A stretch of 64,000 bases of DNA from Octopus vulgaris (taxonomy: Eukaryota), in NCBI GenBank assembly GCA_951406725.2, contig OX597823.1, forward strand, positions 57,412,001 through 57,476,000. Direction: 5' to 3'. Within the stretch, counting starts at the first letter, position 1. Each line of letters opens with the position of its first letter. The notes below the pieces were generated by a model. The model saw only the letters and a list, made by a program, of their open reading frames with translations. It did no database searches and was not told where the DNA came from. Positions 24,516 through 36,528 of this stretch are shown here, piece after piece. Both the position numbers and the translations under genes were made by a program.

Positions 24516-25190
24516 GCAGGCATGCTTTTACGGTTAAGAAACTTGTTCTACAGCTTCCTGGTCTTGAGTTCAGTTCCACCTGGGCAAGTGTTTTCTGCTA
24601 TAGTCCCGAGCCGACCCCAAAAGATTTTGGGCTGTCTTTACGTTTTGCGTTCAAATTCCGCTGACGTCGACTTTGCTGTTCATCATTTCCAGGTCGATGA
24701 AATAAGTATCAGTTGAGGAGTGGGGGTCGATGTAACCGACTTACCGCGTCCGTCGAACTTGCTGGCCTTGTGCCAAAATTTGAAAACATTATTGTTGTTA
24801 TTATTATTATCATTATTATTTCTTGTGGCTGTTTGTTGACAACTTAAAAATAAAAAAAATAACAGGCAGCGAGGTGGCAGAATCGTTATCACGCCGGGTG
24901 AAATGCGTAGCCGTATTTCACCTGCCGTTACGTTCTGAGTTCAAATTCCGCCGAGGCCGACTTTGCCTTTCATCCTTTCGGGGTCGATAAATTATATACA
25001 AGTTACGCACTGGGGTCGATGTAATCGACTTAATCCGTTTGTCAGTCCTTGTTTGCCCCCTCTGTGTTTAGCCCCTTGTGGGTAGTAAAGAAATAGGTAT
25101 TTCGTCCATCATTACGTTCTGGGTTCAAATTTCGCCGAGGTCAACTTTGCTTTTCATCCTTTCGGGTTCGACAAATTATGTACCAGTTGA
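24516..25190 (+). mobile_element. SINE cluster: family B fragment, family A fragment, then family A copy with tandemly repeated body
   Basis: B fragment 24516-24625; A fragment 24630-24790; A copy 24864-25190 whose tail AAAGAAATAGGTATTTCG restarts the body. Confidence 0.85.
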
Positions 25191-25757
25191 CTAATACCAA
25201 ATCCATCTTCTGTTTCCATAATCGATTATTATATATCTAAATCTTAATAATAATAATAATAATAATAACAACAATAATTTGTTACTTTTTCAGAAGGCCA
25301 GCAATTATCTATTTTCGTCATCTGCACTAAACAGTTCTTCTTTCAAGGTGTGCCGTGGAGTTTTTCATGTACGTTAAGAAAAGTTATTCTATCGTTTGTG
25401 CGTTTTGAAAAAAACATGTTTTTCATAATGTTGTTAATAAACAAGTGTGATTAATAAAACAATGTCAACAATAGTTCTTTTTCTATATTTTTACTAAAAT
25501 ATTTTTAAAGAATCTTTCCACGCTAAGTGCGTCTTATGAGAAACAAAACACAAACAGAGAGAGGACGGTCACAGCTGGAATGACTTTGATCTTAAAGTGA
25601 TCTGCCCAGTTAGATTTTCCTCTGTAGTTTACAAAAATGTGATAATCAAATTATCAAGTCCAACAGGTGTGACTTACTTTAACTTTATTTTATTTATCTA
25701 TTTACCTGTGGTTTGTGGGCACGCGCACGTGCGTGCGTGTTACATCAGCCAGTTTTG

Positions 25758-25972
25758 TTTCTTTCTACTATAGACAGAAAGCCTGAATTCGTAGGGGAGG
25801 AGGCTAGTCGATTACATCGACTCTAAGTGCTCGACTGATACTTATGTTATCGACTCTGAACGGATGAAAGATAATGTCGACGTCAGGGGAATTTGAACCC
25901 ACAAAGAAGAAAGCAGAAAGAAATGCCGCTCGGAATTTTGTCCGAGGAGCTAATGCTTTTGCCAGCTCCCTT
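25758..25972 (-). mobile_element. Family A SINE, diverged
   Basis: Reverse complement of head (TTTGCCAGCTCCC), B-box region (GAATTTGAACCC) and core (CGGATGAAAG). Confidence 0.75.
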
Positions 25973-26065
25973 ATTATCAGTCATAACAGCCTTATCATCG
26001 GTCATAACAGAGTAATTAAATGATCTGCTGTGAAGTTGAAAGCTTAAGAATACTAAAATTAGAAC

Positions 26066-26412
26066 GATGGTGATGACGGTGATAATGATGATGACGGTGA
26101 TGATGATGATGATGAGGATGATGATGATGGTGATGACGACGACGATGATGACTACGACGATAACGGCAGCAACAACAAAAACAATGATGATAATGATGAC
26201 GCTAATGATGATGAAAATAATACAGATGCTGCTGCTGATGATGATGATAACAACATCAATGATGATGGTGATAACGATGTTTATGATGATGATGATGATG
26301 ATGATGTTTAAGGAGATTTCCTTGATGACCTTGATGAGGAGGAGGAGTGGTGGAGAAGCGGATGACAACAACGACAATGATGACGATGAGGATGACGATG
26401 ATAATGATGATA
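26066..26412. repeat. Degenerate (GAT)n microsatellite
   Basis: Directly visible; explains the poly-M, poly-I and poly-D ORFs. Confidence 0.95.
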
Positions 26413-27167
26413 ACTTCATTACTGAAGGAATTATTAAAAAGTAGATGTATGAATATTTGTAAACCAACCTCTTAATATTTTATAAGAATATAAAACTATT
26501 ACAGAAATCACAAATTGTCATTTTGCGGTAGTGTAGTTTCTAAACTAAAATTTAGTGGAATATAGCTCAAAGGTTTAATTAAGGAATATTATTAAAATAT
26601 CGCAGACGACGTTAATTAGTGCTAAATGAAGTAAATAAATGAAAAAAGAAAATATCTGGTTATTGAGTTTTCTGGAAGAGCACTTGACCTTTTCTGAATT
26701 CTTACTGTTCTGTCGTTTGTTCTCTCTACAAGATGATGGTAAATATTCTTTGTTCTATCGGCTAGTTCTTATTTTATAAGACTAAAATCTGAAATGAAAC
26801 TGTGGTTAAATTGTTAATGTTATAGACTTACGAGTTCAGTGAGTTCAAGACCACCAACTGGTTGATGAGCTTTTTCAGCTAAATTCATCGTGGTTGCAAG
26901 TAACCCCCCACCAAGTCACACCAGGGACACTTTCCATTTTTCATGAAAATATAAATGAAAACAATGAGTTGCAACTTCCACTATGTCGGCACAACATTTT
27001 TAAATTCTTGTAATTTTTTTATTTTATTATCAATTTCAAGAAAAATTCAATATGACTTCCATCAATAACATGTAAACAACGGCAGAGTAGAAAACACAAG
27101 ATGCTGGTTTTATATATACGTGCCCCAGCATGGCCACAACTCATGGGCTGAAACTAGAATCAATCAT

Positions 27168-27400
27168 GTACTCTTTTACTCTTCTACTTGTTTCAGTCAT
27201 TTGACTGCGGCCATGCTGGAGCACCGCCTTTAGTTGAGCAACTTGACCCCAGGACTTATTCTTTGTAAGCCTAGTACTTATTCTATCGATCTCTATTGCC
27301 GAACCGCTAAGTTACGGGGATGTAAACACTCCAGCATCGGTTGTCAAGCGATGTTAGGGGAGGGGACAGAAACACACGAACATATACACACACGTGCATA
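27168..27400 (-). mobile_element. Family B SINE, 3' half
   Basis: Reverse complement of the tail (TTTCAGTCATTTGACTGCGGCCATGCTGGAGCACCGCC) and body. Confidence 0.88.
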
Positions 27401-27607
27401 TATTTACACATAATCAAATAGGGTAATAAAATAAATTATTATTACCAGTGGCCTAGCACAAAAGACGAATTAGTCATTAGACTATATATTTTTCGTATAG
27501 AAATATAATAAAAGGCTTCCAAATAAGGAAGCGTAGTGCTAGAAACACAAAAAGGGATAAATTCATGAAAGGAATGAAAACTAAAAACATTTTCCATTTC
27601 AGCTAAA

Positions 27608-27686
27608 TCCCAGACCGATCGGTTTCTACCTATTTTTAACAAAACAAACAGAATATATTTGCCAAGGCAAAGTTCTTCAGTGGGGA
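27608..27686 (-). ncRNA. Type I hammerhead ribozyme motif with canonical core
   Basis: Minus-strand RNA: UCCCCA CUGAAGA ACUUUGCC-UU-GGCAAA...AUAGGUA GAAAC CGAUCG GUC|UGGGA. Stem I CCCA/UGGG, palindromic stem III ACCGAUCGGU, GUC cleavage triplet. Confidence 0.8.
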
Positions 27687-27807
27687 GCCTTCGTAATCCT
27701 AGATGCACAGACTGTTAGAAGCACGTGTAGATCTAACGGTTTGTATATCTTTACTTTTCAAACCTCTGCGCAGACGCAAATCATACCCGGCGACAGAGAG
27801 GATGCCG

Positions 27808-27996
27808 GTGGTATTTCGTCTGCGTTACGTTGTGAGTTCAAATTCCGCCGAGATCGACTTTGCCTTTCATCCTTTCGGGGTCGATAAATTAAGTACCAGT
27901 TACGCACTGGGGTCGATGTAATCGACTTAATACCTATGTTTGTCCTTGTTTGTCACCTCTATGTTTAGCCCCTTGTGGGTAATAAAGAAATAGGTA
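27808..27996 (+). mobile_element. Family A SINE body and tail
   Basis: GGTATTTCGTCTGCGTTACG..GCCTTTCATCCTTTCGGGGTCGATAAATTAAGTACCAG..AAAGAAATAGGTA. Confidence 0.9.
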
Positions 27997-28244
27997 ATAA
28001 GTACTATCAAGCAATATTTAAACATAATCAAATAGGGTAATAAAATAAATTATTATTACCAGTGGCCTAGCACAAAAGAAGAATTAGTCATTAGACAATA
28101 TATTATTCGTATAGAAATATAATAAAAGGCTTCCAAATAAGGAATTACCCTATTTGATTATGTTTAAATATTGCTTGATAGATTTGTTCGTAAATTTTTT
28201 ACCGACATCCTCTCTGTCGCCGGGTATGATTTGCGCACACGTGC

Positions 28245-28303
<59 letters not shown>

Positions 28304-28328
28304 TACACATATATATATACTTATATAG

Positions 28329-28970
28329 GACGGGCTTCTTTCAGTTTCCGTCTATCAAATCCACTCACGAGGCTTTGGTCGGCCCGAGTTTACAGTAAAA
28401 GACACTTGCCCAAGGTACCACGCTGTGGGACTGAACCCGGAACCATGTGGTTGGTAAGCAAGCTACTTACCACACAGCCACTCCAATAATATATAATATA
28501 CCATATGTATATATGTTTGTGTGTGTGTATGTGCGTATGTGTGTGTGTATGCATGTTATATTTATATATATACATGTGTGTATAATTATGTGCTTAGGTG
28601 CAGGCTTGACTGTATAGTTAGCTTTTTTTCCAACCACATGATTTCAGATTAAGTCCCACCGCGTGGCACTTGAAGCAAGTAAGTGTCTCCTACAATTGTC
28701 TCGGGCTGACCGAAGGTTTCTGAATGAAATTTGTGGACGGAAACTTAAAGAAGCGCGTCGTATAATATATATGTATATATGTTTGTGCGTGTATATGTGT
28801 GTGTACCTTTGTGTCTGTGTTTGTTTGTTCCCTATCAGCACTTGAAAACTTGTACTGGTGTCTTTACGTTCCCGTAACTAATAGTTTGGTAAAAAAAAAA
28901 AGACCAATAGAAAAATTAGCAGAAAGGAAAGAGTACTGAAGTCAACTCATTCGACAAAAAATTTTCAAGC
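28329..28970. mobile_element. Two head-to-head family B SINEs (28329-28484 minus; 28597-28970 plus, diverged)
   Basis: Both carry the head and CORE-like segment of the 19336 copy, in opposite orientations. Confidence 0.82.
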
Positions 28971-29789
28971 GATATATATATATATATATATATATATCTG
29001 CTTACCTAAAACATAAATATATATATATATAATGTAATAAGATAATTTCGTGTTAAACTAGACGAATAACTTGTTTGCTGATTTAAAAAAAATATATTCC
29101 CTACTGAGCGTGAAACCTTGACAATAATATTTAAAAACAATGAATAAATAAAAAAAATGAAAAAACTTGACGGACTAATGAATGATCGGAAAAAATAAAA
29201 CAAAAAAGAAATGAAAACCAACATGTATTCCTCCAAAATAAGAAAGACCACAAAATTACGAATCAATCTGCCAAACAACTTCTAAAGCTAGCTGCTTATC
29301 TTCTAAAGCCTGCCGCTTATCTTACTACAGGAGCAAAACGATGCGGGAAGGCAAACAGAGAAATAAAATAGAACCTACTGGTGACCGGGTCATTTTCTAT
29401 TGATAGGAATTTCTTATCTTCAATAACAAAAGTCCGAACAATTACTCACAAAATAAATTGATTGCCAGAAAGCATTTCCCAGTGTAGCACACGCTAGGAT
29501 ATTTGAAGACATTCATCATAAATAAAGCAGTCTATCAACCATGCCATAAAAAAAAAAAACAGAAACAGGAAAAAAATACGAGAAACATTCAAAGTATGGC
29601 GAAAGTGAAAACGAAATATCAACCAGACTTAATCCACATTAAGAAGACGGATTTTTTTAAATCAGTCACTTCATACCGATTACTATTTCTGATATGTGGA
29701 ACATCTTACAATAATGTGTCGATTCAAACAAAACTGTAAGTGAATACGAACGAACTATAAATCACATCCAGTATGCCTGTATGCATACG

Positions 29790-29848
<59 letters not shown>

Positions 29849-29884
29849 TATATATACGTATATATATTTTTATATATATTCATA

Positions 29885-29946
<62 letters not shown>

Positions 29947-29953
29947 TAAAGAG

Positions 29954-30018
<65 letters not shown>

Positions 30019-30020
30019 TA

Positions 30021-30377
30021 ATCTTTTACTAGTTTCAACCTTGTGGCTGCGGTCATGCTAGAGCACGAACGTGGTCTTGCTGATTTCGCCAGTCTCGGTT
30101 ATTTCACATCACCACTCCAGTATGTGCATTTGTCCCAGCCGTTGGCCCATTTGCTTTATAAGAGAGTTTGATTCCGCTGACCTCGTCTGTACCTTCTGCT
30201 GGGCTGTTGGTTCATTATGTATTGTGCAGAGGAAGATGTCTAGTTCCTTTTTGAAGTCATCTGCTTCCACCTCATATGGAATTCTTAATTTTTTGTGACA
30301 GAGCGTTGTACAGCAGTGGGCCTTTGAACCCTAAGATATTGCAGTAACTGGTCCTGAATTTAGATGGAGAGGATGAT

Positions 30378-30378
<1 letters not shown>
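30021..30378 (-). mobile_element. 5'-truncated CR1-group LINE 3' end
   Basis: Minus strand: SKFRTSYCNILGFKGPLLYNALSQKIK..ADDFKKELDIFLCTIHNEPT..RSAESNSLIKQM, the CR1-type C-terminal pattern (F...GP.L.N.LP..FK..LD.FL..VPDEP..SNSL), then 3' tail GTGCTCTAGCATGACCGCAGCCACAAGGTTGAAACTAGTAAAAGA. Confidence 0.8.
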
Positions 30379-30461
<83 letters not shown>

Positions 30462-30477
30462 CCTACATATATATGTT

Positions 30478-30721
30478 TCTTTTATTTTTTACTTGTTTGC
30501 GTCATTAGAATGTGGCCATACTGGGGCACCGCCTTGAATTTTGTTTTAGTCAAATGAATTGAATCCAGATCTTATTCCTTTGGAGTTTAAAAAAAATTTT
30601 TTTAGCCAAACCGTTAAGATACGGGGACTTAAGTAAAACCAGCACCAGTTGTCAAGCGGTGATGGGGATCATACACAGACACAACGGTACACAAGCAACG
30701 CACCAATACGGACACACACAC

Positions 30722-30798
<77 letters not shown>

Positions 30799-30920
30799 TA
30801 ATATACGATGGACTTCAGTTTTCGTCTACTGAATCCGTTCACAAGGCTTTGAGCGGCCCGGAGGCTATAGAAGAAGACACTTGCCCAAGGTGCCACGCAG
30901 TGGGATTGAACTCGGAACTA
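30478..30920 (-). mobile_element. Family B SINE (head truncated) with internal (CA)n
   Basis: Reverse complement of tail, body and CORE-like GACACTTGCCCAAGGTGCCACGCAGTGGGA. Confidence 0.85.
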
Positions 30921-31425
30921 TTTAATTTTCACAGAGTTTTGTGTGCATTGATGGAAGAGTGAGTGCATAGGAATAATTGTTATCTGTACTTAGATACCTG
31001 TTTACGCTTTGAGTTGAAATTAAACCGAGGATCGTCTTGTTTATCGTCACTAGGTGAAATAGACGAATATATAAGATATATTTATTCCTTGTAGCTGTTG
31101 AAATCATCGCATACTCCTGCAGATGTCTGGGGTATGAGCTGAGATGAATATTTGAGACAATATATGTAATAGTCATCATTTTGTTCAAAATATCTCGTGT
31201 ACCATTCTGATGTTTCCAAGACATTACGCGATTAACACATCTATAGCAAATATTCTTTCACAAGAATTTGATCGCCCCGAGGTTATAGTAGAAGGCAATT
31301 GCCCAAGGTGCCATGACAATGGGACTGAACCGTATGTCTGGGAAAGTTTTTTAACCACACATTCACACCTGCATTTCCTCCTCGTGATATACGTACAAAT
31401 GGTTTGGAGAATTTTGTATAACATG

Positions 31426-32355
31426 GCTAACCAAAGACATTAATGCCGATTCGAAGCTGCGGATGAAAACGAGAAAGAAATGAAAGACTAGAAAAGTCGT
31501 TCATACTTTAGGTTAATCTAATCTCACGAACTAACATAGTCATATCCACATACTGTTCAATGAGCTCAGTAGTGTACTAAACGAAGCAGTAACAATACTT
31601 TCTAGTATAGATGCAAGGCCTAAAATTGTGAGGAAGGAAGCTAGTCGATTACATCAACCCCAGTGCAACTGGTACTTAATTTATCGACCCTGAAAGGACG
31701 AAAGGTAAAGTCGACCTCGGCGGAATCTGAACTCAGAACGTAGCGACGAGTGAAATACCTATTTCTTTACTACCCACAAGTGGCTAAACTCAGAGATAAC
31801 AAACAAGGACAGACAAACGGATTAAGTCGATTATATCGACCCCATTGCGTAACTGGTACTTATTTAATCAAATTCCGTCGAGGTCGACTTTGTCTTTTAT
31901 CACTTCAAAGTCGATTAAATTAGTACCAGTTGATCACTGGTACCAGTTGATCTAATCGACTTAATCCGTTTGTCTGTCCTTGTTTGTCCTCTCTGTGTTT
32001 AGCCCCTTGTGGGTAGTAAAGAAATAGGTATTTCACTCGTCGCTACGTTCTGAGTTCAGATTCCACCGAGGTCGACTATCCCTTTCATCCATTCAGGGTC
32101 GATAAATTAAGTACCAGTTGGGGTTGATGTAATCGACTAGCTTCCCTCCTCACAATTTCAGGCTTTGTACCTATAGCAGAAAGGATTGCTACTGCTTCGT
32201 TTCGTACACTACTGACCTCATTGTAGAGTGTGTGGATATGCATATGTTAGTTTATGAGATTAGATTAACCTAAGGTATGAGTGACTTTTCTAGTCTTTCA
32301 TTTTTTTCTCGTTTTCATCCGCAGCTTCGAATCGGCATTAATGTCTTTGGTTAGC
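31426..32355. repeat. ~930-bp foldback: inverted duplication of unique flank plus family A SINE multimer
   Basis: GCTAACCAAAGACATTAATGCCGATTCGAAGCTGCGGATGAAAACGAG (31426) is mirrored at ~32308-32355, and similarity continues inward through the SINE units to about 31870/31915. Confidence 0.92.
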
Positions 32356-32399
32356 TCTTCCCCGAAATTGATGTCCTTGGGTCAAAAAATTGAAACCGA

Positions 32400-32850
32400 T
32401 ATTGTATCAGTTTGCTCTGGAGATCCTGGGGAAGAGAAGAGATCTGACATTTCAGTTAAAGTCTACAAAATGACTTGATCCCAACATTCAGAGCAAATTG
32501 TTTTGTAATTAGCCGATCCTGATCTTTATTAGTTTCCTTAGATTCTCCCGTGTCACTTTGTTAGAAACTATTAATGCCTTAAATATACAGAGAGGCTGTT
32601 ACACTAAAGAAATGAATCACAATGTCTGCTTCTGTTTAGAAGTAGAGAGCAGCGATGTGGCCATGTAAACATTGCAACGCCCGCTAGGGAACATCATCTG
32701 CCCAGCTCATAGCTTATTTGACTGCTAAACCTATTAATTATCTTTCTTTTGCCGTTTGTGCTCAGTGACGATATTCCTGGTGTTCCTACCAACGAGGATT
32801 TTGAATGACCCCCAATATATTTTGATTATGCACCATTGTAAATGATATTT
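32400..32850 (-). mobile_element. Possible highly degraded LINE RT fragment
   Basis: Minus strand has a WADDV motif (cf. YADD) downstream of GVIQ (cf. GV.QG); little else recognisable. Confidence 0.35.
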
Positions 32851-33309
32851 CTCCTTTCTTATTCTCTAATATATTATCTCCCAATCTAAGATGACTTACT
32901 GGTATATATATAAAAATGTGTTTTGAGGATTTCCTGAGAGACTACAATATGGAAAAAATCCGCACACACACACACACACACATACATACACACAGAATCA
33001 AAATTATAGTAATATATCTGTACCAATGGAACTCTCCATGAGTAAAAATCTGAAAAAAAACATGTAAATAAAACATAAGAAAAAAGAAAAGGACAAAAGC
33101 TTCATAAGCGAAATCATTTCCTAAATCAAATGATAAAATATTTCTAATTTCTTTTATATAAAAATAAAAATAAAGTAAAATAATAATTAGACAAAAAGAA
33201 ACTCAAGTCAATTTGAGGTTTCATATGTGATGTATATATGCACGCAGACACATATATTGCATACAAAAATATGTGTGTATACTTGTATGTACATTACATA
33301 TGTACGTAA

Positions 33310-33371
<62 letters not shown>

Positions 33372-33758
33372 GCATACATATACACACACACACATATATA
33401 GTTAGAGAAAACAGCACTAATCTTAAATGAGATAGATCAGATGAGAAAAGATATATATATTTTTTTCGACTGTGGATGAAGAATTATTATCTTTCATTTA
33501 TTTTTTTTTTCCTTTGCCTTCCGTTCCGATAGACAACGTTACCATTTACATATGAATAGGTGAATTTCTGATGATATCGAAAAGTTCGCTGGTAAAAAGG
33601 AAAAGAGTAAGAAAAAAAAACAAAACAAAACAAAACAAAAAAAGAATTAAATAACCATTTTTATATAAATGTAAGAGATGATATTTGAGAGGACAAAGAA
33701 CATACCAAAGACTGTTGAAAGCAAGAGGATTACGTGAATATGCGTGTGTGTGTGTGTG

Positions 33759-33833
<75 letters not shown>

Positions 33834-34141
33834 GTTCAAAAGTATCCATTTGCTCTTACTAGATAAAATAACATTCCTTTTATACGAAAATAGTTATGTA
33901 ATTATTATTTTTTTATATATTGAAAAGTAAAAACATCATTATTTTTTGCATTGTTACCAATCTCTTCAAGTTCACTCAAAAAAATCTGTAGTACCATTTA
34001 GTACACTGCAGCCCCGCCGTTTACCACCCTACCCCCTCTGCAGCAGAAACGACGACCTCCTCTCTATATTTTTTCAGGTAACATTCGTTCACTTTTAAAT
34101 TTATAGCATAATCTATGCTGGCCTGTGAGATAATCATAATG

Positions 34142-35187
34142 ACTAGAAAGATAGAGTTAATGTCGACTTGCAGACACTATCATTTTAGCTATTTCTTTTC
34201 AGTACAACAGACAATATGGCGATGTCGTCACATAGCACGTGACTTGATGACGCCATCTTGTTTTACGTTTCAACAACTAGTTACTCCACTAGAGATCACT
34301 TTGTTCTCATTCTTGGAGACTTGCATAAAACAGATGCATGGAAGCGGATAAAGTACGAAATATTGGTATACTAGACTAAATTGTACTCGGTAACTTTTTC
34401 CATGAAAGTAACTGCCTAATTCCGTTGTTTACAGCACTCATACACACACGCACACGCATACCCACACGAACGCATTCACACTCACACACGCATATGCGCA
34501 CACAAACACATACACATAATGAAAACATAGATATATAGATAAGTAGAGTGATAACTATATAGGCTTAACTATAAGTAGGGAGAAGTAAATTGAAATATAT
34601 AAGGAGATTAAGAGATGTATATGAGGCAAGTAAGACATCTTGGCCATCTAATGCTTCAGTCGCCATCCCTCAGTCGTTTTGACCTGGTGTTGCCACCCGT
34701 TTGAAGATGTTCGCAGACAAGAGTGAAGGTGATGATGCGCAACACTTTTTCCCTTTAAAAAATAACCACGCAACTCATAGGTCATCCCTAAGGATGACCA
34801 GATGAAACATTGTTTATAAAGATTGTAAAAAATTTATGCTGCTACACATGAGATATTTTTCGTTAACTTATTTGTTACGAAGTATGGGCAACCATAAGGA
34901 TGGATTGTACCTTTATAATTTATAAGATCATCTTTGTCACACATTGTTTTTTTTCTTCTTGTTTTTTATTCATCTAAAGAATAATACAAGAGTACAAATG
35001 TACGTGTAAGTGCTCAAACACTTCGAAAGAAAACAAGAATACATAGTTAACTCTGATAATCAAAAAACTACAATATTCATCGCGGAAACCGTGTTATGTG
35101 ACGACATCACTATATTGTCTGTTGTACTGAAAAGAAATAGCTAAAATGATAGTGTCTGCAAGTCGACATTAACTCTATCTTTCTAGT
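34142..35187. mobile_element. Non-autonomous TIR element (~98-bp terminal inverted repeats)
   Basis: 34142-34239 ACTAGAAAGATAGAGTTAATGTCGACTTGCAGAC..CATAGCACG is the near-exact reverse complement of 35090-35187; no transposase inside and no clear TSD. Confidence 0.8.
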
Positions 35188-36458
35188 TAACATTTTCTTG
35201 AACCAACGAATCATATTTGCTGTTGCTGTTGTTGAATATGATATTTCCGATATATTAATTAATATGTTCAGAGTTTTGTTAAGCAGTATCATGTGGTTTT
35301 CAAGAAGGTTTGACTATTACATGTAGCAAGTCGATCAGCTGCATAAATACCACATAGTTGGTGTTTATATTTCTCGTTGTTTAGATATAGCATAGTTATA
35401 GAAAATGAGATACCAACTATGCAGTAGATATGCAGTGGCAAATAAAATACTGTCTTATACAATCTTCAGTATTTTAAACGTTAGGGGACAATGTTGATAA
35501 GGTCCATTTGTTTGTGGTTTCTACAAGAACTCGCGACAATGTTGAGAAGTCACGTCTGATAGTGTCTAAGTGAGATAAGGTGTCCGGTATAGGTGTTCCA
35601 GTGTTGGTTCAAGTAATTTTTCGGATAATGTGTTGCTGTAGAATATACTATATATACTAGAGAAAAAAATATAACATTATGTATTAATATATCTTTACAT
35701 GTATGTGTGTGTATATATATATGTGTATGTGTATATATATATGCATATATATGAATATATACTCATCTATATGTGAATATATATCTATATATATGTATGT
35801 ATAAATACATATATACATACCTGTATGCATACACATCTATATACGTTCGTGCATATAAGCGCATATTTGCATAAGTATTTATGTGTATGTACACACACAC
35901 ACACACACATATATATATATTATATATATATACATACATATATATATATACACACATATTTATATACATACATAAATATATATATATATATATATACACA
36001 TATAAATATATATGTGTGTGTGTATGCATATAAATATATATTAGTACATAATGATATATATGTGTATATATAGATATATTTATAAATGTATATGTGTATA
36101 TATGTGTTTATGCATATATATGTGTATATCTATATATACATATATATGTATATGTGTATGTGAATATGTATATATACGTGCATTTGTTTCCCTATCTCTA
36201 TTTCTTCGTACTCTTCGTCTCCCTCTTTCTATCTCACTACTCTCTTTGCCACTTTCAATCTTCATCTTCCTTCTCTCTCCTCCTCTCTCTTTCTCTCCCT
36301 TTCTCTCTCTCTGTCCCTCTCTCCCTACCTCTCCATCTGACTATTTGACCGTTAATCTAGTTGTCTCACTATCTTTCTTTATAGATACAGTTTTTCTGCT
36401 CTATAAAGTCTGAGAACTTGCCTGTGTTCTTGTGGCTGTGTGCGTGTGAACCTACGCG

Positions 36459-36528
<70 letters not shown>

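Larger units (their letters stand above)
27408..28180 (-). mobile_element. Penelope-like terminal-repeat structure: partial tandem repeat, short inversion and HHR, interrupted by a family A SINE
   Basis: 123-bp direct repeat 27408-27530 / 28022-28144; 28145-28180 is the reverse complement of 28005-28040; HHR at 27608-27686. Confidence 0.7.

Noticed and set aside
35190-35640. Possible Penelope RT remnant (DFSTL on the minus strand); similar weak hints at 37550-38000
   Set aside because: Only isolated short motifs; needs a translated profile search to support.
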